Shown: positions 50,984 to 64,000 of the stretch, in pieces
How positions within the stretch are numbered: position 1 is the first letter of the stretch
Layout of the letters: every line of letters begins with the position of its first letter
Assembly (NCBI GenBank): GCA_963836205.1
Contig: CAWIIV010000006.1
Span: 384,001 to 448,000, forward strand
DNA: 64,000 nucleotides
Direction: 5' to 3'
From: an uncultured Acidimicrobiia bacterium
Lineage (GTDB): Bacteria > Actinomycetota > Acidimicrobiia > Acidimicrobiales > AC-14
Translations under genes and position numbers: made by a program
The notes under the pieces: model-generated
The model's database searches: none
What the model saw: only the letters and a program-made list of their open reading frames with translations
What the model was told of the DNA's origin: nothing

Positions 50984-52244
50984 GGGGGGGATCGGCACCC
51001 GTTCCTTCTCCTGTTCGGTCCTGGCCGTCGGCACCGAGCTGCTGCTCGGTCAGGTCGTCGACACCAACTCCGCCTTCATCGGCGACCAACTGGCCCGGGC
51101 GGGGATCGACTCCCACCTCCACGTCCACGTGGGCGACAACGTCGAGCGCATCGCGGCCGCCCTGCGGACGTTGCTGGCGGGGAGCGAGGCGGTGATCGTG
51201 TGCGGCGGGCTCGGTCCGACCCAGGACGACATCTCCCGGGAGGCGATCGCGGTCGTGCTGGGAACGGCGTTGGTTCGCGACCCGGGGATGGCCTCGCGGA
51301 TTGCCGACCTGTTCGCCCGAAGGGGACGGGAGATGGCGCCGAGCAACCTGCGCCAGGCCGACCGGCCCGAGGGCGCCCGGTTCGTCCTCCAGGAGCTCGG
51401 CAGCGCGCCCGGGCTGATCTGCCCCGTCAACGGCGGCAAGGTCGTCTACGCGGTGCCGGGCGTGCCCGCCGAGATGCGGGAGATGGTCGGGCGGGCGGTC
51501 ATCCCCGACCTCCAGGCGCGGGCGGGGTCGCGATCGGTGATCGTCAGCCGCATGCTGCGCACGTGGGGCACGGCCGAGTCCACCCTCGCCGAGCTCATCG
51601 GGCCCCGGGTGGAGCGGCAGACCAACCCCACCATCGCCTTCCTGGCGTCGGGGATCGAGGGGATCAAGGTCCGGCTCACGGCCAAGGCCGGGGACCTCGA
51701 CGGGGCGACGGCCCTGCTCGACGCCGAGGAGAAGGAGCTGCGGGCGATCCTCGGGGCCCTGGTGTTCGGCGTCGACGACGAGTCGATGGAGAAGGCGGTG
51801 GGCGACCTGCTGGGGGCGCAGGGGCTGAGGCTGGGCGTGGCCGAGTCGCTCACCGGCGGCCTGGTCGGGTCCCGGCTGGCCGAGGTGCCGGGGTCGAGCG
51901 GGTGGTTCAAAGGGTCGATCGTGGCCTACGACAGCCAGGTGAAGTTCGACCTGCTGGGGGTGCCCGAGGGGCCGGTGGTGAGCCGGGAGGCGGCCGCCGC
52001 CATGGCGTCGGGGGCCCGGCGGGTGCTCGAGGCCGACGTGGGCCTGGGGGTCACCGGTGTGGCCGGGCCCGCGACGCAGGAGGGGAAGCCGGTGGGCACC
52101 GTCTTCACCGCGGTCGACCTCGACGGCGAGGTCGACGTCCAGGAGCTACAGCTGCCGGGCGGGCGGCAGCTGGTGCGGCAGCTGGCCGCCATCTCCCTCG
52201 TCGACCAGCTCCGGCGACGGTTGCTCGACCGGGGCTCGGGCTAG
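50973..52244 (+). CDS. cinA: Competence/damage-inducible protein CinA
   Basis: VGTELLLG, GGLGPTQDD, PGVPAEM, AESLTGG, TGVAGP. Confidence 0.94.
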   Translation: MRSEGGIGTRSFSCSVLAVGTELLLGQVVDTNSAFIGDQLARAGIDSHLHVHVGDNVERIAAALRTLLAGSEAVIVCGGLGPTQDDISREAIAVVLGTALVRDPGMASRIADLFARRGREMAPSNLRQADRPEGARFVLQELGSAPGLICPVNGGKVVYAVPGVPAEMREMVGRAVIPDLQARAGSRSVIVSRMLRTWGTAESTLAELIGPRVERQTNPTIAFLASGIEGIKVRLTAKAGDLDGATALLDAEEKELRAILGALVFGVDDESMEKAVGDLLGAQGLRLGVAESLTGGLVGSRLAEVPGSSGWFKGSIVAYDSQVKFDLLGVPEGPVVSREAAAAMASGARRVLEADVGLGVTGVAGPATQEGKPVGTVFTAVDLDGEVDVQELQLPGGRQLVRQLAAISLVDQLRRRLLDRGSG

Positions 52245-52250
52245 GGGTTC

Positions 52251-52778
52251 TTGGCCCGGCTGTTCGTGGCCGTCTGGCCCCCCGCCGACGTGCTCGACGC
52301 GGTGGCACGGCTCGACCGCCCGCCGGTCGCCGGGGTGCGGTGGACGGGCCGGGAGCACTGGCACGCCACCCTCCGCTTCCTGGGCCCGGTGGACGACGTG
52401 GCCGCGGTCGCCGATGGGCTGCGGGACGGCCTCGGGATCGGCGGCGGCGGGCCCCTGGACGCGGTGGAGGCGGTGCTGGGACCGGCGGTGGGGCGGTTCG
52501 GGCACCGGGTGCTGCACGTGCCGGTGGCAGGTCTGGGCGAGGTGGCCGACCGGGTGGTGGCCCTGACCGAGGGTCTGGGCCGCCCGCCCGAGGACCGGGC
52601 CTTCGCCGGCCACCTGACACTCGCCCGGGTGGCCAAGGGGGCCCGGGTCGACCTGTCCCGGTTGGCGGGCGAAGCGGTGACGGGGCGGTGGACCGTGGAC
52701 GATGTGTGCCTGGTGGAGAGCCACCTGGCCCCCACGGGCGCCCGCTACGAGGTGCTGGAGTCGTTCGCCTTGTCGTGA
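52251..52778 (+). CDS. thpR: RNA 2',3'-cyclic phosphodiesterase (2H family)
   Basis: RLFVAV, HATL and HLTL motifs. Confidence 0.9.
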   Translation: MARLFVAVWPPADVLDAVARLDRPPVAGVRWTGREHWHATLRFLGPVDDVAAVADGLRDGLGIGGGGPLDAVEAVLGPAVGRFGHRVLHVPVAGLGEVADRVVALTEGLGRPPEDRAFAGHLTLARVAKGARVDLSRLAGEAVTGRWTVDDVCLVESHLAPTGARYEVLESFALS

Positions 52779-53326
52779 GCGCCGTGGGCGAGGAGCAGGT
52801 CGATGATCTCGGTGTCGTCGTGAAGGCGGGCCGCCATCAGCGCGGTGAACCCCTCCTGCTGCTCGGCGTCGGGGTCGGCCCCGGCCTCGAGGATGAGGCG
52901 GACGGCCTCCACGTTGCGGGCGGCGGTGGCGGCGTGGAGGGGTTGGACCCGCATGGGATTGCGGGCCACGGCGTGGACGTCGGCGCCGTGGGCGAGGAGG
53001 AACCGGACCGCCTCGGGGTGGCCGAAGAAGGCGGCCAGGCCGACCGGCGTGAAGCCGTCGGACGACCACGCGTTGGCCTGGCCGGGGTCGTCGTCGACCA
53101 GTTGGGCCAGGCGGCCGAGGCGGCCGAGGGCGGCGGCGTCGAAGACGTCGAGGACGGGTTCGGCGGCGAGGATGGCGTCGACGATCTCGGCATGGCCCCG
53201 GTAGCGGGCCCACAGGACGGCGGAGACCCCCGTCGGGCTCCGGGAACCGGCCAAGGAGGGGTCCTGGGCCAGGATCCGGGCCACGGCGGCGGCATTTCCG
53301 GCCTCGATGGCGTCAAAGAGGGCCAT
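52745..53326 (-). CDS. Ankyrin repeat protein
   Basis: GFTPVGLAAFFG, QPLHAA, GFTALMAA. Confidence 0.9.
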   Translation of the reverse strand: MALFDAIEAGNAAAVARILAQDPSLAGSRSPTGVSAVLWARYRGHAEIVDAILAAEPVLDVFDAAALGRLGRLAQLVDDDPGQANAWSSDGFTPVGLAAFFGHPEAVRFLLAHGADVHAVARNPMRVQPLHAATAARNVEAVRLILEAGADPDAEQQEGFTALMAARLHDDTEIIDLLLAHGAHDKANDSSTS

Positions 53327-53348
53327 AGGTTCAGTAGGCTACCTATCT

Positions 53349-53795
53349 ATGTGCCCCCTGGCAACCCCTCCGAGGCCCGATGAGGTCGCCGACCGCCTCC
53401 ATTCGGCCGCGATCCGCCTCCTGCGGCGGGTCCGGCGGGAGGACGAGGCCACAGGGCTCACCGGGGCCCGACTGTCGGCCCTGTCGGTGGTGGTCTTCGG
53501 CGGCCCCCTCACGGTGGGCCAGCTGGCCGCCGCCGAGCAGGTGCGGTCGCCCACGGCCAGCAAGCTGGTGGCCGAGCTGGAGGCGCTGGGCCTGGTGACG
53601 CGGGAGACGTCGGCCACCGACCGGCGGGTGACCGAGGTGCGGGCCACCGCCCGGGGCCGGTGGATGCTCCAGGCCGGGCGCCGGCGACGGGTGGCCGTCC
53701 TTTCCGCCCGCCTGGGCCGGGTCGGTGCCGACGACCTGGCCACGCTCGACCGGGCCGCCGAGATCCTCGAGGACGTTCTCGTCGATCCGGAGTGA
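53349..53795 (+). CDS. MarR family regulator
   Basis: LSALSVV..GPLTVGQLA..SPTASKLV..DRR. Confidence 0.9.
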   Translation: MCPLATPPRPDEVADRLHSAAIRLLRRVRREDEATGLTGARLSALSVVVFGGPLTVGQLAAAEQVRSPTASKLVAELEALGLVTRETSATDRRVTEVRATARGRWMLQAGRRRRVAVLSARLGRVGADDLATLDRAAEILEDVLVDPE

Positions 53796-53811
53796 TTCCG
53801 CGCCGGGATCC

Positions 53812-53841
53812 TTGACCCGAACGTGAGTTCGGAACTACGCT
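53812..53841 (+). promoter_or_regulatory. recA promoter with LexA box
   Basis: TTGACC -35, CGAAC-gtga-GTTCG at 53818-53831, TACGCT -10. Confidence 0.85.
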
Positions 53842-53863
53842 CGTGAAGTTACAGGGCCGAAAG

Positions 53864-53885
53864 TGTCACACCCCCTTCGTAGGGT
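53864..53885 (+). promoter_or_regulatory. Second recA promoter, RecA-NDp/PafBC-like
   Basis: TGTCAC-N10-TA-GGG-T versus consensus TGTCGG-N10-TA-N3-T. Confidence 0.6.
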
Positions 53886-53927
53886 GATTGCCGTCCAGAA
53901 CCGACGACGAGCAGAAGGGAACTACCG

Positions 53928-55049
<1,122 letters not shown>

Positions 55050-55338
55050 GGCCGGGCACGGCGGCCCCCTCCGTCTACGGCGGGCCCCTATATATAAGGA
55101 CAAGGATCCGGCCCGGCGGCAGGTCGAGCCGGGCCGGATCGGTCCTGCGCGGAGCCCTCCGAGGCCGACCCGGGCGAGCCGCCGTACGCCGACGGCGCGG
55201 TGGCCATCGCGCATCTCCCCTTCCCCCTACGGCGGCGGCATGGTAGATCTCTCACCCACCGGTGCGCTGCGCCTGCCAGGGAGGAACCACAGCGGCCGCC
55301 GTCGAACGGTTAGAGACAGTCGCGTCATTGGGGGACAC

Positions 55339-55914
55339 GTGGTCGAGGTCTTGAAGGTCTCCAGCAAGTCCAACCCGAACTCGGTCGCGGGGGCCCTGGC
55401 TGGGGTCCTGCGCCAGACGGGAGCGGTCGAGGTCCAGGTGGTGGGGGCGGGCGCCCTCAACCAGGCCATCAAAGCCATCGCCATCGCCCGGGGCTTCGTC
55501 GCGCCCTCCAACCTCGACCTGGTGTGCATCCCCACGTTCGCCGACATCCTCATCGACGGCCAGAGCCGCACCGCCATCCGCCTGGCCGTCGAAGACCGGG
55601 CCCGGCGCAAGCCGGAGCCGCTGACCGAGGTCCGGGGGGCCGCGACCGACGGGATCGCGGCGACGGCCCCGTCCCCGGCGATGGCGGCGGCCGACGGTCT
55701 GGCCGCCCATGGCCTGGACTCGACCGCGCCGGTGGCGTCCGTGACCACCACGACCGCGGCGACGACCGCCACGCCGGCGCCCACGGTCGTGCTCACCGCC
55801 AACGCCAGCGCCCTCGCCCCCGGATCCGTGGCCGGCCTGGCCGTCGAACCCGCCGTCGGGGTCGTCACCGCCGACATCGAGTCCCCGTCGAGCTCGGAAC
55901 CCGTGCTCACCTGA
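55339..55914 (+). CDS. spoVS: SpoVS-family protein with long low-complexity tail
   Basis: LKVSSKSNPNSVAGALAG, GAGALNQAIKAIAIARGF, CIPTF, RTAI. Confidence 0.92.
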   Translation: MVEVLKVSSKSNPNSVAGALAGVLRQTGAVEVQVVGAGALNQAIKAIAIARGFVAPSNLDLVCIPTFADILIDGQSRTAIRLAVEDRARRKPEPLTEVRGAATDGIAATAPSPAMAAADGLAAHGLDSTAPVASVTTTTAATTATPAPTVVLTANASALAPGSVAGLAVEPAVGVVTADIESPSSSEPVLT

Positions 55915-55966
55915 GCCACCGGCCGCCGGCTCGAGCGGCGACCCGGAACGGTAGGGTGGCCCTCGC

Positions 55967-56046
55967 GGGCGCGTGGTGGAATTGGCAGACACGCTGGCTT
56001 TAGGTGCCAGTGCTTCGGCATGAGAGTTCGAGTCTCTCCGCGCCCA
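55967..56046 (+). tRNA. tRNA-Leu(TAG)
   Basis: GGGCGCG/CGCGCCC acceptor stem, ctggc-ttTAGgt-gccag, variable arm, GTTCGAGTC. Confidence 0.95.
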
Positions 56047-56180
56047 CCCCCGAAGGCGGAAACCGGCCGGAAACCAAGCCGAGGTCGAACCGCTACCTTG
56101 GAGCCAGCCCCGCATCACCGCCCCCCCCGGGCACCGCCCCCCCGGGCACCGCCCCCCGGACACATCGCCAAGGAGCGTGC

Positions 56181-56786
56181 ATGACCTCCGACCTCGTAGT
56201 GCCGCAGTACAACGCCCAGACCTACGTCGGCGACCGGTCGAGCGAGGTGTACTCGCGGCTGCTCAAGGAGCGGATCGTGTTCCTCGGCTCGCAGGTCGAC
56301 GACTCGTCGGCCAACCTCATCTGCGCCCAACTCCTCCTGCTGCAGAGCGAGGATCCCGACCGCGACGTCTACCTCTACATCAACTCCCCCGGCGGATCGG
56401 TGTCGGCCGGCATGGCCATCTACGACACCATGCAGTACATCAGCTGCGACGTCGGCACCATCTGCCTGGGCCTGGCCGCCTCCATGGGCCAGTTCCTCCT
56501 GTGCGCGGGGGCGCCGGGCAAGCGCTACGCCCTCCCCCACTCCCGGGTCCTGATGCACCAGCCGTCGGCCCAGATGCAGGGAACCGCGGTCGACATCGCC
56601 ATCCACGCCAAGGAGATCATCTACACCAAGAAGATCATGGCCGAGCGGATCGCATTCCACACCGGCCAGTCGGTGGAGACGGTGCTCGCCGACTCCGACC
56701 GCGACCGGTGGTTCACGGCCGAGGAAGCCCGTGACTACGGGATCATCGACCACGTGATCGAGCGCTCCCGGCAGGTGGCGGCGTAG
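56181..56786 (+). CDS. clpP: ATP-dependent Clp protease proteolytic subunit
   Basis: [33 protein letters not shown]. Confidence 0.96.
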   Translation: MTSDLVVPQYNAQTYVGDRSSEVYSRLLKERIVFLGSQVDDSSANLICAQLLLLQSEDPDRDVYLYINSPGGSVSAGMAIYDTMQYISCDVGTICLGLAASMGQFLLCAGAPGKRYALPHSRVLMHQPSAQMQGTAVDIAIHAKEIIYTKKIMAERIAFHTGQSVETVLADSDRDRWFTAEEARDYGIIDHVIERSRQVAA

Positions 56787-56804
56787 GCCGAAGGTCCGAC
56801 GGCT

Positions 56805-57704
56805 ATGCGGATCGCCGTCACCGGCTCCCACGGACTCATCGGTACCGCTCTCGTCGAGAGCCTCACAGCCGACGGACATCAGGTCACCTCGCTCGTCCGG
56901 GGCGATCCCAAGGGACCCCACGAGCTGCGCTGGTCGCCCTCCACCGGCACCATCGACGCCGCCGGGCTCGAAGGCCACGACGCGGTCGTCCACCTGGCGG
57001 GCGTCGGCATCGGCGACCACCGGTGGACCGACGACCACAAGCGGGCCGTCCTCGACAGCCGGGTGCAGGGGACCTCGCTGCTGGCCACCACCCTGGCCGG
57101 CCTCGATCGCCCGCCGAAGGTGCTGGCCTCCGCCTCCGCCGTCGGGTACTACGGCGACACCGGCTCCCGCGCCGTCACCGAGGCCGACGGCCCCGGCACC
57201 GGTTTCCTGGCCGACGTGGTGCAGCAGTGGGAGGACGCCGCCGCCCCCGCGGCCGAGGCCGGCGTCCGGGTGGCCCGGCTCCGCAGCGGCGTGGTGCTCA
57301 CCGACAAGGGGGGCGCCCTCGACAAGCAGTTGCTCCCGTTCAAGATGGGCCTCGGGGGACGGGTCGGCACCGGCGAGCAGTACCTGAGCTGGATCAGCCT
57401 CGACGACGAGGTGGCCGCCATCCGCCACGTCCTCGACACCCCCTCGATCGAGGGACCGGTGAACCTCACCGCCCCCAACCCGGTGACGAACGCCGAGTTC
57501 ACCAAGGCCCTGGGCACGGTGCTCGGGCGGCCGACGGTGATGCCGGTGCCCAAGCTCGCCCTCAACACCATGTTCGGCAAGGAGATGGTGGCGGAGATGC
57601 TCCTCGCCGGCCAACGGGTGCTCCCGGCCGTCCTCCAGTCGTCCGGCTTCACCTTCGTCGACGAGGAGATCGAAGCCGCCCTCCGGCGCATCCTGGGGAG
57701 GTAG
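56805..57704 (+). CDS. TIGR01777-type NAD-dependent epimerase-like protein
   Basis: TGSHGLIG, HLAG, SASAVGYYG, WISLDD, PNPVTN. Confidence 0.92.
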   Translation: MRIAVTGSHGLIGTALVESLTADGHQVTSLVRGDPKGPHELRWSPSTGTIDAAGLEGHDAVVHLAGVGIGDHRWTDDHKRAVLDSRVQGTSLLATTLAGLDRPPKVLASASAVGYYGDTGSRAVTEADGPGTGFLADVVQQWEDAAAPAAEAGVRVARLRSGVVLTDKGGALDKQLLPFKMGLGGRVGTGEQYLSWISLDDEVAAIRHVLDTPSIEGPVNLTAPNPVTNAEFTKALGTVLGRPTVMPVPKLALNTMFGKEMVAEMLLAGQRVLPAVLQSSGFTFVDEEIEAALRRILGR

Positions 57705-57721
57705 CCGGGCCGAGCGCCGGA

Positions 57722-58402
57722 TCAGGCGGTGGGCACGTCCAGGCTGGCGAGCAACTCCCGGACCCGCCGTTCGATCTCGTCGCGGACGGGGCGGACCTGG
57801 TCGACGGCCTTCCCGAACGGGTCTTCGAGGGTCCAGTCCTCGTAGCGTTTCCCGGGGAACAGGGGGCAGGCGTCGCCGCAGCCCATGCTCACCACCACGT
57901 CGGCGGCCCGGACGATCTCCTCGGTCCACGGCTTGGGGAACTCGTGGGCGATGTCGATGCCCACCTCGGCCATCGCCGCCACCGCGGCCACGTTGATCTC
58001 CGGCCCGGGCGCGGACCCTCCCGACCAGGCGATCGCCCGGTCGCCGGCCAGGTGGTTGAACCAGCCCAGCGCCATCTGCGACCGACCGGCGTTGTGGACA
58101 CAGAGGAAGAGCACCACGGGGACCCCGTCGCCGGCCCGGCTCTCGACGCGGGCCAGCGCCTTCAGGCGCTGGCGGGCGAAGCGCTCGGCCATCAGGGGCA
58201 GGAAGTTGGCCACCGTCGCCTTGCCCGCGAACTGGTCGTAGCTGCCGACGAGGAACAGCTCGATGGTTTCGGCACTGAAGGTGCCGGTGAACTCCTCCGC
58301 CAGCCGGCGGGCGGCGCTGGAGAGCATCGGCCGCTGCTCGACGGGGATCGACGCGACGTCGGACACGGGTGGGGCCTCCTGGGGGCTCGCGGGAAAGGTC
58401 AT
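57722..58402 (-). CDS. arsC: Arsenate reductase (LMW-PTP fold) with N-terminal helical extension
   Basis: FLCVHNAGRSQMA, GCGDACP, LEDP. Confidence 0.92.
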   Translation of the reverse strand: MTFPASPQEAPPVSDVASIPVEQRPMLSSAARRLAEEFTGTFSAETIELFLVGSYDQFAGKATVANFLPLMAERFARQRLKALARVESRAGDGVPVVLFLCVHNAGRSQMALGWFNHLAGDRAIAWSGGSAPGPEINVAAVAAMAEVGIDIAHEFPKPWTEEIVRAADVVVSMGCGDACPLFPGKRYEDWTLEDPFGKAVDQVRPVRDEIERRVRELLASLDVPTA

Positions 58403-59139
58403 CGGGCTCGGCCGGACCCGGTGGGGAGGACGGCGCTGTCGTCCCGGTGCGGCACGACCACGTCGGCCGCGACCGCGGTCACGTCCGGATAGAGGACCTT
58501 GACCGCGCCGACGGCCAGGGCGGTGCCGACGACCTGGGCCGCGACGAAGGGCACCACCGACCCGGGAGCGATGCCGGCGAACGAGTCCGACAGGGTCCGG
58601 GCGAGGGTCACCGCGGGGTTGGCGAAGCTGGTGGAGGAGGCGAAGAAGTAGGCGCCGCCGATGTAGGCCCCGACCGCGAACGGCGCCGCCGCCGAACGCC
58701 CCGACCGCACCACGCCGAAGACGACGAGGAGGAGGCCGAAGGTGGCCACCACCTCGCTCGTCCACAGGGCGCCTGAGCTGCGGGTATGGGTCGACAGCTC
58801 GACGGCCGGCAGGGAGAACATCAGGTTGGCCACCACCGCCCCGATGGCACCGCCGACGAACTGGGCCCCGACGTAGGCGGCCGCCTCTCTGGTCGTCAGC
58901 CCGCCGAAGATCCGGTCGGCGATCGTGACGACCGGGTTGAGATGGGCACCCGAGACCGGGCCGAGGGCGAGGATGATGGCAACCAGGGCCGCCGCGGTGG
59001 CAGCCGCGTTCTCGAACAGCTGCAGCCCGGCGTCGGACGACAGCCGGGAGGCGGCGATGCCGGAGCCGATCACCGCCGCCACCAACAGGGCGGTGCCGAG
59101 GCCCTCGGCCAACATCCGGCGGGCGAGCGGGGGCGTCAT
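58399..59139 (-). CDS. MIP/aquaporin-family channel (arsenite efflux, AqpS-like)
   Basis: SGAHLNPVVT, SFANPAVT; lies between arsR and arsC. Confidence 0.9.
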   Translation of the reverse strand: MTPPLARRMLAEGLGTALLVAAVIGSGIAASRLSSDAGLQLFENAAATAAALVAIILALGPVSGAHLNPVVTIADRIFGGLTTREAAAYVGAQFVGGAIGAVVANLMFSLPAVELSTHTRSSGALWTSEVVATFGLLLVVFGVVRSGRSAAAPFAVGAYIGGAYFFASSTSFANPAVTLARTLSDSFAGIAPGSVVPFVAAQVVGTALAVGAVKVLYPDVTAVAADVVVPHRDDSAVLPTGSGRAR

Positions 59140-59202
59140 CGGTCGGCGCGGCGTTGGGTCAGCACAGGTCGTCGACGTCCGGGAAGATCGCAGCCTCCAT
59201 TG

Positions 59203-59249
59203 ATAGACTGGCGTCGATCAGTTAACCCGACCAATCGAGGATTGTCAAT
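59203..59249. promoter_or_regulatory. Two putative ArsR operator palindromes
   Basis: ATAGA-N6-TCGAT and ATCGA-N6-TCAAT in the divergent intergenic region. Confidence 0.6.
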
Positions 59250-59610
59250 GGGAGACGGGATCGCGACCAACCGGGCTTCGTCCCTGGCGGTGGTGGCCGA
59301 CGACGAGTGCTGCCCGGCGGTGCTGTCGTCCGCCCTCTCCGAGCACCATGCCACCGCCCTCGCCCACGACTTCGCCGCCCTCGCCGACCCGGTCCGGCTC
59401 CGGCTCCTCAGCCTCCTCACGTCCGCCGCCGCCGGCGAGGCGTGCGTGTGCGAGCTCACCGGGCCCTTGGGCCGTTCTCAGCCCACGGTGTCGCACCACC
59501 TGAAGATCCTGGTGGACGCAGGGCTGATCGTCGGCGACAAGCGGGGCCGATGGGTCTGGTACCGGGCCGTCCCCGAACGGCTCACCCAGTTGCGCAGCAT
59601 CCTCGCCTAG
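59248..59610 (+). CDS. arsR: ArsR/SmtB regulator
   Basis: ECCP, ALADPVRL, ACVCEL, SQPTVSHHL, RGRWVWY. Confidence 0.92.
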   Translation: MGDGIATNRASSLAVVADDECCPAVLSSALSEHHATALAHDFAALADPVRLRLLSLLTSAAAGEACVCELTGPLGRSQPTVSHHLKILVDAGLIVGDKRGRWVWYRAVPERLTQLRSILA

Positions 59611-60772
59611 CGAAGGCAGGAGCCGGTGTCGACCGCGCCCCCCGGGGCTGGTCGAGCACGGCGGTGAGCTCGCTGGTGGCCAGGGCGTAGGCAGTGGCGG
59701 GCTGGTCGGGCGCGGTGGCGAAGGCCACGCCCACCACCTCGCCGTTGACGTCGACGAGGGCGCCGCCTGAGTCGCCCGGCGCCAGTTGGGCGGCCAGGAT
59801 GAAGATCTCACGGCGGATGGTGCGCTCGCCGTACAGGTCGCGGCCGAGGGCCTCGATGGCGGCCTCGATGCGGACCGGCGACACCTCGAGCTCCTCCTGG
59901 CCCCCCGGGTGCCCGAAGACGGCGCCGTCGCTGCCCACCACGGCCGTCCCGACGGCGAGGGCGGGCTCGCCCAGGCCGGGCACCGACAGCAGGGCCAGGT
60001 CGCGGTCGGAGTCGAACACCTGCACCGTGGCCGCCAGCCGCCGCCCGTCGGGACGGATGACCGACGGGTTGTCGACCCCCGCTACCACGTGGGCGTTGGT
60101 GACGACCGTCTCCGTGTCGGCGGTGAAGCCGCTCCCGGTGAGGACGCGACCGCAGGCCTGGCCGCTGACCTTCACCGTCGACGCCGCCACCCGGCTCACC
60201 ACGTCGGGCGCCAGGGCGCTGGCCACCGGCGGGGCTCCGGTGCTCGGTGCCGGGCGGAGGCGGGAGAAGACCTCGGGGAAGTTGGCGTCGACGACCTGCT
60301 GGCGCAGGTCCTGGAGGGGTTTGGGGGCGCGGGGGGCGGCGGAGTCGATGGCGCGGGCGACGGTGGAGTTGCGGACCTGCTTGGAGATCTCGCCGGGGAC
60401 GTCGGCCAGCACCGGCAGGAGCAGCCACAGCACGACCAGCACGCCGAGGGCGCCGGCAACCGCGCCGCCCACATGGTCGGCCATGCGCAGCCCGCCGAAG
60501 GGGAGGAGACCGCGCAGGCGGAAGCCCACCATCTCCCCCAGCGCCGCCCCCAGGCTGGCGGTGAGGAGGAAGATGCCGACCGCCATCAGCAGCTTCACCT
60601 GGGGATCGGGCGAGTGCACCAGGTCGAGAACCTTGTGGGAGAACGACGCCGCCAGGGCCAGGCCGAGGAGCCAGCCGATCCATCCCGCCACCCGGGCCAG
60701 GAGCCCGACCCGGTAGCCCCCGAGCGTCGCGCCCACCACCACGGCCGCCACCAGGAGGTCGAACAGGTTCAC
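59582..60772 (-). CDS. marP: MarP-family membrane serine protease
   Basis: CvpA-like TMs, TNAHVV, DLALL, GDSGG. Confidence 0.88.
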   Translation of the reverse strand: MNLFDLLVAAVVVGATLGGYRVGLLARVAGWIGWLLGLALAASFSHKVLDLVHSPDPQVKLLMAVGIFLLTASLGAALGEMVGFRLRGLLPFGGLRMADHVGGAVAGALGVLVVLWLLLPVLADVPGEISKQVRNSTVARAIDSAAPRAPKPLQDLRQQVVDANFPEVFSRLRPAPSTGAPPVASALAPDVVSRVAASTVKVSGQACGRVLTGSGFTADTETVVTNAHVVAGVDNPSVIRPDGRRLAATVQVFDSDRDLALLSVPGLGEPALAVGTAVVGSDGAVFGHPGGQEELEVSPVRIEAAIEALGRDLYGERTIRREIFILAAQLAPGDSGGALVDVNGEVVGVAFATAPDQPATAYALATSELTAVLDQPRGARSTPAPAFARRGCCATG

Positions 60773-60817
60773 TGGGCGTCGAAGCTACGCCACGGGGCGA
60801 TGGATCCGGGACATGGC

Positions 60818-63307
<2,490 letters not shown>

Positions 63308-63327
63308 GGACTTTCTAACCTTTGCCC

Positions 63328-64000
63328 ATGGCTGAGGTGAGGGTGGGGACGAGCGGGTGGTCGTACCCCGAGTGGCTCGGCCGCTTCTACCCCAACGGCA
63401 CGTCCCCGGCCCGGATGCTCGACTTCTACGGACGGCGCTTCGCGACGGTCGAGGCCCACGCCACCTACCGCCGCCTGCCGGCCCCCACCGCCCTCGAGAA
63501 GTGGCGGACCCAGGTGGGCCCAGGGTTCCACTTCGCCTGCAAGGCCCACATGGGGATCAGTCACCGCCGCGACCTCGACGGGGTGGAGGAACGGGTGGCT
63601 GCGTTTCTTACCGCGGTAGTACCGCTGGCCGACAACCTGGGCCCGGTGCTGGTCAGCCTGCCCCACAAGCAGCCCGACCTCGACCGCCTCGACCGGCTGC
63701 TGGCCGCCTTGCCCCGCCCCCCTGCGGGTCCGGTGGCGGCCTTCGAAGTCGGCCCCGCCTGGTACACCAGTGAGGTGATCAGCCGGATCGAGGCCCACGG
63801 GGCAACCCTGGTGGTGGTCGACAACGACAACGAGGGGGAGGAGCGGGCGCCGCTCACGGTGGGGCCGGTGGCCTACGTCCGCCTCCGCCGGGGGCTCTAC
63901 GACCGGGCCGCGCTGGAGGCGTGGGCCGAAAGGCTGGCCAAGGTCCGGGCCGACGGGCGCGACGCGTACGCCTACCTGAAGCACGACGCCGAGGGCGACG
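63328..64000 (+). CDS. DUF72 family protein (truncated by window end)
   Basis: VGTSGWSYPEW..FYP, FATVE, YVRLRR, YLKH. Confidence 0.88.
   Translation, partial: MAEVRVGTSGWSYPEWLGRFYPNGTSPARMLDFYGRRFATVEAHATYRRLPAPTALEKWRTQVGPGFHFACKAHMGISHRRDLDGVEERVAAFLTAVVPLADNLGPVLVSLPHKQPDLDRLDRLLAALPRPPAGPVAAFEVGPAWYTSEVISRIEAHGATLVVVDNDNEGEERAPLTVGPVAYVRLRRGLYDRAALEAWAERLAKVRADGRDAYAYLKHDAEGD

Noticed and set aside
55339-55914. Evidence for sporulation
   Set aside because: SpoVS homologues occur in non-sporulating bacteria and no other sporulation genes are in the window

Overview
High-GC actinobacterial chromosome segment; gene content and order suggest Acidimicrobiia (inference). The backbone is mostly housekeeping: tsaC-prmC-prfA-rpmE-rho, argS-lysA-hom-thrC, tRNA-Arg, dapA-rnj, ftsK-rimO-pgsA-cinA-thpR-recA-spoVS, tRNA-Leu, clpP, an ars module and eno-ftsB. 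Two blocks stand out. (1) An ~11 kb island between rnj and ftsK, bracketed by a 13-bp near-identical direct repeat, encodes a group 1h (high-affinity) [NiFe]-hydrogenase with its usual accessory genes. It also carries five small proteins with one TM helix plus an amphipathic helix, resembling the TM set described for group 1l loci, and further micropeptides; these are a candidate undescribed membrane anchor or quinone link. (2) Where thrB normally sits (between thrC and rho) there is an ApgM-like mutase, a cyclic 2,3-diphosphoglycerate synthetase and a 2-phosphoglycerate kinase, i.e. the archaeal-type cDPG pathway, possibly linked to a non-canonical homoserine phosphorylation. Also seen: a dispersed 50-bp repeat, recurrent 15-22 bp tandem duplications at gene ends, a probable ATC start codon, and three frameshifted genes that are probably assembly errors. 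All calls come from motif recognition by eye; no searches were run.
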